From an uncultured virus (IMG/VR IMGVR_UViG_3300016457_000183) (Duplodnaviria; Heunggongvirae; Uroviricota; Caudoviricetes), in IMG/VR virus record IMGVR_UViG_3300016457_000183: a stretch of 64,000 nt of DNA; one strand, written 5' to 3'. Made by a program: the position numbers and the translations under genes. Positions 18,444 to 28,037 of this stretch are shown here, one piece after another. The notes below the pieces were generated by a model. It saw only the letters and a list, made by a program, of their open reading frames with translations. It was not told where the DNA came from and searched no databases. Each line of letters opens with the position of its first letter. The stretch's first letter is position 1.

Positions 18444-19589
18444 TTAATCAATATAGTAAACAGTACCAAAAGGTACTCGTATGTCTAACGTTTGGAAAGT
18501 TCTAACTACAATCCAAATCACAGAGTAAGTAGGTGTCTTTTGAGGAAAGGTACCAAAAGTGTCTGTAAAGTATACGAACAAGTCAGGTTTCAGTTTTCTC
18601 TTCTCAACATCTTCAAAAGGCGGTGCTAGACTAGTACCTCCACCTCCTCTCAAGTTCGCAACCAGCTCGTCATACGACGGGTTATGTAATACAGCGTGAA
18701 TATCAGCATCTATCACATAAACCCAATGTTCTGAAACTAACTTCTCAACTCGTTGATATTCAGCACAGAATTTCGAAAGTTCTTGTTGCGAAATACTACC
18801 TGAGGTATCAAAAGCCGTAACGAGATTAAACTCCTTCTTGTAGTTACCAGCTAAACGAACGTCGCAAGCGATTTGGTAGTACGGTAACTTCGTATAGGTT
18901 GGTGTAGCAACTTTCTTTCCTATGAAAGACAAAATCCTAGCCGCGATTACTCGCTCCCAAGGAACTTGAGACTTATAACCTTGGTCAATCTCACGCAGCA
19001 CGTCGGCAGAAACACTACCTTGGGACTTGAGATGATTCCCAAACTCATATAATGATCCAGTACTTATCGGCAGAGGTTCAGTAAAGTGCTTAGGGGGTCT
19101 GATACCATCTACAGTAAGCGGTACTAATCGTATTGTCTTGCCGCCAAACTTAAACTCGGTTTTTCCTTCCTTTTTAGTCTTATCTACTAAGCGTTGTAAC
19201 TCTCGATAAATCAACTCGGCAGGCCCATCAGGAATATCTCGAAACAGTATAAACCTATGTTGTTCAACCCAATTCACAGACTCAAGCTCGAGGACAGTAG
19301 TTAATAAGTTGTTTACAACATGGTCAATAGCTAGTCCCCAAAGGACTCGATCTTTTCCAGCACCTCTTCTAATGTGGTTGAATATGTAGTGTAGCAGTTC
19401 GTGACAGTACACAAACAACTGAGTTTGATAATCTTCTTCTTCAGATATTACAATGTGACTATCTCGAACCAGACAACCGCCTATTTCACTAGGCAACTTA
19501 TCGAAGTAGATCGGAATTTGTAATGCAGCAGATGTTCCTACCTTTCGATAAGCATCAATTCTTAGTTTTGTATCCTTTTGTTTCTTCAT
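18444..19589 (-). CDS. Metallopeptidase-vWA protein (DUF2201-like)
   Basis: HELLH, MIDAS DTSGS, GGGGT, YFTD. Confidence 0.85.
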   Translation of the reverse strand: MKKQKDTKLRIDAYRKVGTSAALQIPIYFDKLPSEIGGCLVRDSHIVISEEEDYQTQLFVYCHELLHYIFNHIRRGAGKDRVLWGLAIDHVVNNLLTTVLELESVNWVEQHRFILFRDIPDGPAELIYRELQRLVDKTKKEGKTEFKFGGKTIRLVPLTVDGIRPPKHFTEPLPISTGSLYEFGNHLKSQGSVSADVLREIDQGYKSQVPWERVIAARILSFIGKKVATPTYTKLPYYQIACDVRLAGNYKKEFNLVTAFDTSGSISQQELSKFCAEYQRVEKLVSEHWVYVIDADIHAVLHNPSYDELVANLRGGGGTSLAPPFEDVEKRKLKPDLFVYFTDTFGTFPQKTPTYSVIWIVVRTFQTLDIRVPFGTVYYID

Positions 19590-19590
19590 T

Positions 19591-20580
19591 TTACTCTCCT
19601 AAAATAGCTGCTAGTTCATCTACAATTTCTTTCATGTGTCTATTACGATACAGGAACTTGACCTGATCGGGAAATCGAGTGAGAACTAGTCTGAAGTAAC
19701 AAGCTCGAGCGTCCGGAGTCAACTTCTTAATTGTCACAAGTATGCGGTCTGTGGGCTTGTATGACGATAGAAAGGCTGCCGCGGCTACTTGATCTTTCAA
19801 ATCAGCGTCAGTGAAATCTTTCGACAAAAGATCATTGAGAGACTGATTCAGAAAAGGCCAAGCATCTACTATTTTGGATCCAGCATCGATTCCTACTACA
19901 CCTGGAGCCACTTCAATTGAGAATCCTGCCTTAAGTGCCTTATCTAAAGAAAACCAAGCTCGAGGCGATGGAAACTTCTGACTCGTTCCTGGATCAGGCG
20001 TATATAAGTAGTCTGTTCCATAAGAAGACAAGAATGTAATAATTCTATTATCAAGACCTTGAGAAATCGCATACTTTACGAAGTCTTCTAGAGTAGGAGT
20101 GTACCCGACGAAAAGGTCGAACCTATCCATAATAGGCGCCATTATCTCAGAGGCGCTAGCTGACGCCAGACCAATATTTCCAGCTGCAACGAACCTGGTC
20201 GACTCTGGAACTGTATGTCCATGCAGTCTTCTGCACAATAGTAACTCATATAAAGGGCTTTGATTGTATTCACGAACTAAATGAATGTCGTCGAAAAACA
20301 GAGCCGTGTTTTCCTTTTCTGGTAGCCAATCAGGCCGAGACCAAACAGTCCTTCTCTCAACTAGCCAAGGAATGCCTTTAGCCTCACCTGGCTCCATTAA
20401 ATAGAGTCGTACCTCAGTCGGTGTCAGTACAGCAAACGATTCTGAGACTTCACTTATAGCTTGGAAGAAAATTTCGCTCTTCCCAATACCTGGCGCCCCT
20501 GAGGCCAAAACAGATAAATTGTTTCGCAGACACTTTACTAGTACTTCTTTTAACGCGTAACTTCCTTCGATTCTATACAT
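19591..20580 (-). CDS. MoxR-like AAA+ ATPase
   Basis: Walker A GAPGIGKS, Walker B LFFDD, AAGN, DRF, PSPRAW; adjacent to vWA gene. Confidence 0.85.
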   Translation of the reverse strand: MYRIEGSYALKEVLVKCLRNNLSVLASGAPGIGKSEIFFQAISEVSESFAVLTPTEVRLYLMEPGEAKGIPWLVERRTVWSRPDWLPEKENTALFFDDIHLVREYNQSPLYELLLCRRLHGHTVPESTRFVAAGNIGLASASASEIMAPIMDRFDLFVGYTPTLEDFVKYAISQGLDNRIITFLSSYGTDYLYTPDPGTSQKFPSPRAWFSLDKALKAGFSIEVAPGVVGIDAGSKIVDAWPFLNQSLNDLLSKDFTDADLKDQVAAAAFLSSYKPTDRILVTIKKLTPDARACYFRLVLTRFPDQVKFLYRNRHMKEIVDELAAILGE

Positions 20581-20596
20581 AATAGCACACTCCTCC

Positions 20597-20950
20597 TTAA
20601 TCTTGTTTAACTATCGGTGTTTCACGTAACCAAGCAATTAGATCAGCTTCAGACGCAAACCAATAAAACTGGTCTCCAACTAACATTCTCTCTTGAATGA
20701 ACCTGATCAACTCTTCTGGACTAGAAGCACCCATACTTTCACGGTCCATGCCTCTATCGAGATAGGCCGAAAACCAACTGTACGCTCGTTCTCTACCAGC
20801 AGCGTCGTAAGGTCCTTTGAGGATTCTGTAGGACGGCGAGTAGAAACAAACCCACAACAACACACCTTTGTTTTCTTCTAAAACAGTTCGTAACTTATCT
20901 AATGTAATAACCTCTGAACGAACTACTTGCATCGCGAGCCTCCTGTACAA
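20597..20950 (-). CDS. Hypothetical protein
   Basis: ORF in gene run. Confidence 0.55.
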   Translation of the reverse strand: MYRRLAMQVVRSEVITLDKLRTVLEENKGVLLWVCFYSPSYRILKGPYDAAGRERAYSWFSAYLDRGMDRESMGASSPEELIRFIQERMLVGDQFYWFASEADLIAWLRETPIVKQD

Positions 20951-20963
20951 AAAGTTGTAGTTC

Positions 20964-21281
20964 TTAATAACTTCGACCGTATGTATTGTTTTTCACATCT
21001 GTAGTGTCGTACGCTAATCGTACTTCCCAACCTCGTTTGTCGTATAGCTCAATTACTTTTCTGCAACATTCAACTAGAGTTCGACCAATACAGTAGAGAG
21101 TAGAAGGATCTAACCACAACAACTTACGATGAGGGTCAATCGCCATGAAATACTCTTGATCGTACTTCCTTTCTTCATTGTACTCTACAGCACCGGTACC
21201 AATGTCGTCAACGTCAAGTAGTACTAGTTCTCCAGTCTCGATCAGATTATCAACTACACGACGAGCGGCGTCGGTTAACAT
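20964..21281 (-). CDS. Hypothetical protein
   Basis: ORF with GGAG RBS. Confidence 0.55.
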   Translation of the reverse strand: MLTDAARRVVDNLIETGELVLLDVDDIGTGAVEYNEERKYDQEYFMAIDPHRKLLWLDPSTLYCIGRTLVECCRKVIELYDKRGWEVRLAYDTTDVKNNTYGRSY

Positions 21282-21381
21282 CGCTCCATCGAAAGTCCTC
21301 TCAACTTCCTAAATCCCTATAGGCTGAATTATTGCCATCGCCGAACGAGTTCCCATATTCCTACTACCTTATTTACTAGGA

Positions 21382-21696
21382 CTATGAACAAGTAACATTT
21401 TTTCTAAAAAATTTTTCTAAAAAATAAAAAAAAGAGCACATAACAAACGCACATTCTGTCAAAACCAACAAACTGTATACTACACATACAAATATCAGTA
21501 AATTCACTTTTTTGTCTAAACAACACAACAGTCCTACGGTATAAGCCAACAGCACTTTCACTACAATCAACAGTCTAGGTGAATTCTCTAACAACGGTCT
21601 CACAAGCGGATTAGCTTCCCCACATCCTAAGTACATAGTTAATACTACATCGAGTACCTGAAGCAGCATTAACAACATTGTTAATTGCAAGTACAT
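21382..21696 (-). CDS. Small membrane protein (DUF5658-like)
   Basis: QVLDVVLT...GEANPLV...K with hydrophobic helices; ATG at 21696 preferred. Confidence 0.6.
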   Translation of the reverse strand: MYLQLTMLLMLLQVLDVVLTMYLGCGEANPLVRPLLENSPRLLIVVKVLLAYTVGLLCCLDKKVNLLIFVCVVYSLLVLTECAFVMCSFFYFLEKFFRKNVTCS

Positions 21697-21697
21697 G

Positions 21698-21726
21698 TTG
21701 ACAATCCGTTGATCAGCATCTATACT
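21698..21726 (+). promoter_or_regulatory. Sigma70-type promoter
   Basis: TTGACA-17 nt-TATACT upstream of the small plus-strand ORF. Confidence 0.75.
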
Positions 21727-21752
21727 TAGGAAAAAACAAAAAGAGGTAAATA

Positions 21753-21914
21753 ATGGCACTAAGACAACCACCAAGACCGCGTGATGGTAGAGGCCGAGGT
21801 AGAGGCGTTTCGGGAGGACAACGACAAGGTCGTAATAGAGGTCCTTGTAAATTTGGAGGACCTGGTTTCGGAATGGGAGGCGGTCGCGGGAAAGGTGCTG
21901 GTAGAACTCGCTAG
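21753..21914 (+). CDS. 53-aa Gly/Arg-rich protein (DUF5320-like), absent from the ORF track
   Basis: AAGAGG RBS; MALRQPPRPRDGRGRGRGVSGGQRQGRNRGPCKFGGPGFGMGGGRGKGAGRTR. Confidence 0.7.
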   Translation: MALRQPPRPRDGRGRGRGVSGGQRQGRNRGPCKFGGPGFGMGGGRGKGAGRTR

Positions 21915-22093
21915 TCGTATTTACTCAACGACGCTGCACACTCTTCACAGTATTCGCCGATCCAAAACTCGTTCAATGCCTTAGAGTAGCTAAAGTCAGA
22001 GTAGTCACAAGACACTACCTCGAACTCTCTACAAGCGATCAGAGCAAGCTCTCTGCCGCACTTTCTACAACAAATTGTAATGTAGTCCTTCAC
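21911..22093 (-). CDS. Small Zn-finger-like protein
   Basis: Two CxxC pairs; AGGAG RBS. Confidence 0.5.
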   Translation of the reverse strand: MKDYITICCRKCGRELALIACREFEVVSCDYSDFSYSKALNEFWIGEYCEECAASLSKYD

Positions 22094-22102
22094 GACTTAC
22101 TC

Positions 22103-22609
22103 CTAAAGTGTTTTGATTGAGGACAACTCCTCAGTCAAAGCATCTTCAGTGTTAACAGGCAGCATCAAGCTGTAAGCGCCCCAAGAACGCTCAGTTTCAT
22201 ACAGAGTCGTGCACAAAGACGCAATAGCCTCAAAAGTAGGCTGTGAGAGAGTATTCTTTAACGCAAAGTACATCTTAACGGTACTAAGATAGGTTAAGTA
22301 TTCAACTGTAGGATCTATAGGTAGTATTACCGTTCCTTTTTTATCAGTACTAGCATCACTTGTCAAGAACTTGTGATCGAAAAAGTCCTCAACTTCTCTT
22401 TTGAGGAGTTGTTTTAACACTGAAAAATCAACGAGCATTCCTCTAAATTCGTGCGGCTCTTGAGTAGTTGTAATCGAAAATTCACCTTTGTACGTGTGTC
22501 CATGAACTCGAGAACACGGATGTCCTTCTGGTACAGTCTCGCTCAATCGATGAGCGGCATTAAACGAGAACTTTCTTGCGATTGTTAACATGTCATACCT
22601 CCTGATCAA
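22103..22609 (-). CDS. queD: 6-carboxytetrahydropterin synthase
   Basis: FNAAHRL, CSRVHGHTY, DFSVLK, FDHKFL, PTVE, LYETE. Confidence 0.9.
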   Translation of the reverse strand: MIRRYDMLTIARKFSFNAAHRLSETVPEGHPCSRVHGHTYKGEFSITTTQEPHEFRGMLVDFSVLKQLLKREVEDFFDHKFLTSDASTDKKGTVILPIDPTVEYLTYLSTVKMYFALKNTLSQPTFEAIASLCTTLYETERSWGAYSLMLPVNTEDALTEELSSIKTL

Positions 22610-22970
22610 TATTTTCGCCTACTAAGATCCTTACATTAGGATCGCCGTTCCAGCGATAAGGAATGTGATAAGCATCGAGTTTTTCGCATAATTTCTTTCC
22701 TACTTCTTTAGTTGACAATCCTATTGTACCATATTTTTGAGTAACACAAGGTCCATAAGCAATGTACATTCGACTATGATTTCTAAGACTCTCCTCATCT
22801 TGCCGAGTCCAAAAGATAGCTCCTTTAACTTCCTTTCCTTTCTCATAAAGTTTTTCAGCTCTACAAGCAAGCTCTGATCCTGCGCAATTTCGACAACACA
22901 TAAAATTGGCTCGAGCGAGGAATCCTTCTTTACGCAACTCTTTGAAAACTTCGATCAAACGACTTCTCAT
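22593..22970 (-). CDS. DUF6891-like phage protein
   Basis: ARANFMCCRNCA...FW..QD...WNGD...RI. Confidence 0.6.
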   Translation of the reverse strand: MRSRLIEVFKELRKEGFLARANFMCCRNCAGSELACRAEKLYEKGKEVKGAIFWTRQDEESLRNHSRMYIAYGPCVTQKYGTIGLSTKEVGKKLCEKLDAYHIPYRWNGDPNVRILVGENIDQEV

Positions 22971-23348
22971 ACTTCTATCTCCTTTTTCTACAAGTTACTA
23001 ATCTTCTTACACAACTCTTGAAATTGACTTTGGGTCAACAAAATCCCGCATAGTCCAAATTAACGTAGTCAAAGGCTTTAGTTTGTGCGTCGTTGAAACT
23101 CTTAGCGGTAATCTCAAACACATCAACTCTGTGATTGTCACCAGGTAGGTAACGAATCACAACATAGACTTCTTCTTTTCTCTTAAACTCAGTCATCATT
23201 TACTCCTTTACTAAGTACTTAACAGTTACACATAAAATCAATAAACCTATAAAGTTCGCTACAGGAAACCATGAACCATCACTACTAATCAAACATATAC
23301 TACCGCCAAATATTAATCCTTTTAGGAAGTTCATAATACACTCCTTTC

Positions 23349-23978
23349 TTAACACCAATCCTTACGTAATTCTTCGTACTCACGATGTAAAATTTGTAGA
23401 ATCTGTTTTGGTCCTTTAGACGGAACTTTCTTTTGCCAGTACAAGTACATATCGCAACTAAACTTCTTTACGAGATACCTTCCATTTCTTGTAACATAAT
23501 TGGATATGTACAACTCATTTCCAGTCTCTTCAGACACAATTGAAAGATAGTAGTGAACATACTTTCTGCCAAATGCCAGCACGGGGTCTGAGCGACGGAA
23601 TATAAGTCCAGGAATGACAGAAGGTTTAGTAACAGGCGACTGTTTGATACGCTCGTATTTTGCTTTAGCTTCACGACGTTTTTCTTCCTCAAGCTTCTTT
23701 CGTTTTTCTTCTTCGGCTCTGAGGTAAGCATCGATTTCCTGAATGTCTTTTGTTATTACTTCTTCTACTTTCTCAGGACACTTGAGAACGTAATCACTAA
23801 TACTGGCTCCTGTGCTGCTCGAAGAGAAGTAAGAAGTAACAATAGACAAGTCGTCTGAGACGTAACGCAGAACAGGCTTGTCTTGATGTTCTATTTTCAC
23901 TAGAGCTAATGAGAGATCAACTACTTTCTTGTCTAACCATACCTTCGCCGCAATTACAGAACCTTGTCTTAGTTGCAT
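23349..23978 (-). CDS. Hypothetical protein
   Basis: AAGGAG RBS; charged coiled coil. Confidence 0.6.
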   Translation of the reverse strand: MQLRQGSVIAAKVWLDKKVVDLSLALVKIEHQDKPVLRYVSDDLSIVTSYFSSSSTGASISDYVLKCPEKVEEVITKDIQEIDAYLRAEEEKRKKLEEEKRREAKAKYERIKQSPVTKPSVIPGLIFRRSDPVLAFGRKYVHYYLSIVSEETGNELYISNYVTRNGRYLVKKFSCDMYLYWQKKVPSKGPKQILQILHREYEELRKDWC

Positions 23979-23990
23979 ATCCAGTCTCCT

Positions 23991-24356
23991 TTACTCAATT
24001 TTTACTTCAGGATAAAGTACTACTTTCTGTGTCAATTCCCGTAAGTGAGCGTTGCCGTCTACAAACCGAATTTCGTACTCGTAGTCTGTACAGCCGAGTT
24101 CTTCTTCTAATGGCACTAAGTACACATTACCTGACTCTCCTTTCTTCAAATACCAAACAAGCTGAGCCGCAAGGTCTGTCATTCCGTTGTAGACATTTGT
24201 CGCTCCTACAGGAATTCCGTTAACATAGCGACGTACTTTTAGAAACTCTTGTAGCTGCTTTCCTACACCGCTCAAATATCCATCAAACAGTATGTAGATT
24301 AAACAGATAGGACGGTCGTCTTCATCGTATACAGTAACAGTAGCTTGTGTTCCCAT
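23991..24356 (-). CDS. Conserved phage hypothetical protein
   Basis: MGT...Y..FDGY.SGVG..L motif; GAGGAGG RBS. Confidence 0.65.
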   Translation of the reverse strand: MGTQATVTVYDEDDRPICLIYILFDGYLSGVGKQLQEFLKVRRYVNGIPVGATNVYNGMTDLAAQLVWYLKKGESGNVYLVPLEEELGCTDYEYEIRFVDGNAHLRELTQKVVLYPEVKIE

Positions 24357-24447
24357 ATTTTACCTCCTCTTAATTTAGTAGTTCCGGCTGAGACCTTGTA
24401 CCTTTACGACTGCGAAGTGACTAAGTAGCAAGTGAGCGTAACACTCA

Positions 24448-25410
24448 CTATGAGATAGGTCCTATAGCCGGAACCGTTTCACTTCGGTACACCATATTTA
24501 ACCAACCTTTGATACCGTTGATTTTATGTTTACTTAATGAGATCTTACCTGTCTTATTGTTGTGAAGCATAGCTCGGTACAATCTTCTAACCTTACGCGA
24601 TATCGTAACTTTGTCAGAATGAACTACACAACCCAAAACTCGTAGCTTGCCTCTTCCGACTCTTAACTTAGAAGGATGAAGCTCAAGACTGATTTTGTTT
24701 AGGTAACGGTTAATGACCTGACTCGTTTTTGAGATGGAGATTTTAGCGTCTTTAGGAAAGGACACTAGTATATCATCTGCGTAACGAGTGTATACACCGT
24801 GTAGTCTCGCAATTACTTCTGCAATTACTAAATCAGTCTGAGAAAGCACGATATTGAACAACCGGCCCGAAGTAGGAGCTCCTTGAGGTAAACCTTTAAA
24901 GTAACAATCTCTTATCAACATTTGTCTAACAGAAAGCGGCACATCGTGCTTTACCAGTACTGAGTCGAGAACTTTTTTTCTGATCGAAGGATAAGCATCC
25001 TTTATGTCCAGTCTTAGGAACAAGTAGTTACCTACATGCTTTTCAAGAGCATCTCGTAAAGATCTGCGTTTCTCGAACGCATAAGCGTGCGTCACTTTAG
25101 GAACCAAAATGTAGGTTAGCTTTAACCACGCTCGCTGTCTCTCCTTGAGTTGATCTGAAGGAATGTACAGAGTTCTAAAACCACCAGACCTTTTAGGGAT
25201 CCTAACAGGAGTATACTCAACTTTAACGTCTTCGCTTAACACATTATGGTACTGTTCATACCAATCTCTCAAAGCGTGCTTACGCACTCCTAACCAAAAA
25301 GCAGAAGTGCCTTTCTCTACCAACTGTGAGTAAACAAAAGCAAAGGAAGGAGACATCTCAACTTCTTCAACATCGTTAAAGATCGACAACAGTTCGTCCA
25401 AGCTGAACAT
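24448..25410 (-). CDS. Retron-type reverse transcriptase
   Basis: IPKRSGGFR, region X-like DALEKH, LDIKDAYPSI, LPQGAPTSG, YTRYADD, region Y-like RVLG. Confidence 0.85.
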   Translation of the reverse strand: MFSLDELLSIFNDVEEVEMSPSFAFVYSQLVEKGTSAFWLGVRKHALRDWYEQYHNVLSEDVKVEYTPVRIPKRSGGFRTLYIPSDQLKERQRAWLKLTYILVPKVTHAYAFEKRRSLRDALEKHVGNYLFLRLDIKDAYPSIRKKVLDSVLVKHDVPLSVRQMLIRDCYFKGLPQGAPTSGRLFNIVLSQTDLVIAEVIARLHGVYTRYADDILVSFPKDAKISISKTSQVINRYLNKISLELHPSKLRVGRGKLRVLGCVVHSDKVTISRKVRRLYRAMLHNNKTGKISLSKHKINGIKGWLNMVYRSETVPAIGPIS

Positions 25411-25464
25411 ACTATTCCTCTTTAATAGGCGTTATATGGTTTATAGTTAGAGTGAGACAGTCCA

Positions 25465-25750
25465 ACCAGTCGTGAGGGTTTACAACCAAACTAAGAGTAC
25501 CTATGAAGAACTCGGCGAACTCTCGTCTTTTTCTCTTCTGAAAGTTCTTTTCACAATTTGAGAGTACAAACTTAAAGGATTCACGACAGCGACCTCTTTT
25601 GTGAAAGTTGGAGAGGTTCTATCTTGCGCAGCTTTGCCGAGACGAAGCGAGGCGAACCTGCTCAAGACTACGCACAATGGTAAGTAAATTAGTCTTGGCG
25701 TAACACCAAGCTCGCGCTTCAACCTCTCCTTAACACTAACGGAGAAACAA
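25465..25750 (-). ncRNA. Candidate retron msr/msd ncRNA
   Basis: Nested inverted repeats upstream of the RT: GTCGTGA/TCACGAC, GGAGAGGTT/AACCTCTCC, GCGCAGCTT/AAGCTCGCGC, CAAGACTA/TAGTCTTG. Confidence 0.45.
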
Positions 25751-25813
25751 ATATTACAGCTTTCTAATAACATAATGAATCACTAATAGCAACTTCAATG
25801 CCTGTCTGATCTG

Positions 25814-25999
25814 TTAGAATTGTTTCTGTACAATTCCTTCTTCCTCAGTTAGAGGTACAAGTGTAATTTGGTATTGTTTCACCTTAGCAGCTCCTTTTGT
25901 AAGATAAATCGTACCTACTATCTCTTCTCCTTCCACTAAGTATCTATGATATCGTTTTGAGTCTCGATCGTACACTATCTTACCTACTATTTTTTCCAT
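25814..25999 (-). CDS. Hypothetical protein
   Basis: AAGGAGG RBS. Confidence 0.6.
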   Translation of the reverse strand: MEKIVGKIVYDRDSKRYHRYLVEGEEIVGTIYLTKGAAKVKQYQITLVPLTEEEGIVQKQF

Positions 26000-26043
26000 G
26001 ATAGCCTCCTTTCTACATTAATCTATCAATCTCGCTAAATCAT

Positions 26044-26488
26044 TCAAATCTCCTTGAGGAATCTCTCTAGGATTTCCAAGAGAGTCGTTCCAATAGTACA
26101 GATTGACGAGTACTTCTCTTCTAATTCAAACAACTTCAACTCATACTCGGTTTGGACTTTAGGATCTCTAACTAACTCAGATTTCTTTCTCCTCAGTCGT
26201 CCTCTCTTAACTTCACTCTTTGCTGTCAACAACAAATCTGTCAGTGCACTATTCTTCTTTATCTTCTCTCTTTTTTCTGATTACTTTCTGCTGACCACTC
26301 TGTCATCCGCGCTGATAGAGAACGATAAGGTAACCATTCCCATTCATACCGAGTCAACTTCGTACTTAGTAAAGCTTTAGGTTTACTAGCTTTGTTAGTA
26401 CTAATATACGAAGTATACCTCTTTCCTTTCTTTTTCTCTGTTGCTCTCGCTTCACTTTTTCTAACAAATCCTTTAACTCGCTCAGCAT
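26044..26488 (-). pseudogene. Frameshifted paralog of 31094-31597
   Basis: KASKPKALLSTKLTRYEWEWLPY and RDPKVQTEYELKLFELEEKY pieces are not in one open frame. Confidence 0.8.
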
Positions 26489-26578
26489 AGTACTTCGAAA
26501 AAAAAATTAAAAAATTTTTAAAAATTAAAAAAATGTTACTTTACAGTTAGTCATATTTTGCGAGAAAATCTGTTCAGC

Positions 26579-26989
26579 TCACACTAATTCATAACCCTGA
26601 ACCATTAAGTTAACTTGTTTGTCACTTAATTGATCCGACCAGTGCTCCATTGTCAACTGATTCGCTCGACAGATTTCCACAAACTTGCGCAACTTAGTAC
26701 GATCACTAACCTCAGAAAAGTTACTCTTTACATACTCTCTTGCTTTAGAGAAAATAACAGTAGCTGAAGGAACTTTTCGATTGCCTTGTACTTTACCTTC
26801 CAAATTGAACCAACAACCACATACTAAACAATGTGACCAATTATCAACTTTAAAAGGTCGTATCTGCCATCGCCACTTTTCCGCAGATAGTACATCTTTA
26901 AATTGGCAATTAAGCAACTCATGTGCTCCGCAATTCGGACATACAATACAACCACACTTACCTGATCCTGCATGTACTTTAACAATCAT
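26579..26989 (-). CDS. Hypothetical Zn-binding protein
   Basis: CPNCG and CLVCG pairs. Confidence 0.55.
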   Translation of the reverse strand: MIVKVHAGSGKCGCIVCPNCGAHELLNCQFKDVLSAEKWRWQIRPFKVDNWSHCLVCGCWFNLEGKVQGNRKVPSATVIFSKAREYVKSNFSEVSDRTKLRKFVEICRANQLTMEHWSDQLSDKQVNLMVQGYELV

Positions 26990-27015
26990 AATTACTAACC
27001 CTTCTAACTTAACTG

Positions 27016-27360
27016 TTACTCAAACATAAGTGAAAGTTCGTACACATGAAACTCGTCTTCACTCTTCATTCTCGCAAGAAGCGCACACGAAGTACTATCA
27101 TCCAATTCAGTCTCCTCACGTAAACCTAACTTAACAAGCATTCTCAACGGTACAATCAACAACTCAATCTCTCCAGTCAGAGAAGGAATGCAACAAAACG
27201 AACTTTCCTCTAGTTGCTTCAACGTGCACAGATCTACAACGCCCAGTTCCTCAATTGCACACAAACCTTGTCCTTCTACTGTTACCAAAATCTCCTTAGC
27301 TTCAACTTCTGTTACATCTCGATCTGAACCTTCGCCGAATCGGCGTAGACCTATTAACAT
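27016..27360 (-). CDS. Hypothetical protein
   Basis: GAGG RBS. Confidence 0.5.
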   Translation of the reverse strand: MLIGLRRFGEGSDRDVTEVEAKEILVTVEGQGLCAIEELGVVDLCTLKQLEESSFCCIPSLTGEIELLIVPLRMLVKLGLREETELDDSTSCALLARMKSEDEFHVYELSLMFE

Positions 27361-27484
27361 GATATATCGCCTCTTTTCTTGTTCTAACTAATCTCTCTTA
27401 TGATTTACTTTTTTAAATACAGAGTACTAGGTTCGTTTTCGTTTTTTCAAAATTAAGAGTATCGGATTCACTCTTCAAATTTTT

Positions 27485-27660
27485 AAATGAGAGAGTACTA
27501 AAAGTCATTCTCCGATTTTAAATGAGAGAGTACTAAAAGTCATTCTCCGATTTTTATAAATGAGAGTGTACTAAAGTCATTCTCCTCTTTTAATGAGAGT
27601 GTACTAAAGTCATTCTCCTCTTTTAATGAGAGTGTACTAAAAGTCATTCTCCGATTTTTA
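27485..27660. repeat. Tandem repeat of about 33-38 bp, 5 copies
   Basis: AATGAGAG(A/T)GTACTAAA(A)GTCATTCTCC units. Confidence 0.9.
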
Positions 27661-27851
27661 AATTTTTTAGATATGGGGTACTTACTCCTGTTATTGTAAC
27701 TCAACCGCCCCGGGTTCAGTTCCTAAGGGGGTGTTTTGTGAGGTACTTAACGTAGTTTAGTTCCTTGAGACAACCCCCGGCAGTAAGAGTCTGTCATTTA
27801 GATTATTATTTGCTATTCTACGCTTTGTTTTGCTGGAAATTTTTTCCTTAG

Positions 27852-27909
27852 ACGGGCCATGATGGCCCGTTCCTGAGTTGTAATGATTTCAATAAGTTAG
27901 CTGAGAAAA
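27852..27909. repeat. CGGGCCATNATGGCCCG palindrome copy 1 plus arm (left inverted repeat)
   Basis: Imperfect reverse complement of 29021-29078. Confidence 0.85.
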
Positions 27910-28037
27910 TACAGAATTTTTTGTAGACAAAAATGAATGCAGGTATCTGTCAGATACGACAATTTGCGCGTTTTAGTAGTGTTTTTGTCAAGTTTGAAGT
28001 ATAATTACTGACAAAACTAACAAAAAAGGAGGTTATC

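Noticed and set aside
21781..21984. 67-aa plus-strand ORF from the track
   Set aside because: The overlapping frame from 21753 has the RBS and promoter
25501..25773. 90-aa ORF upstream of the RT
   Set aside because: No clear RBS or motif, and it overlaps dense inverted repeats; not fully excluded
27485..27660. CRISPR array
   Set aside because: Units are adjacent with no unique spacers
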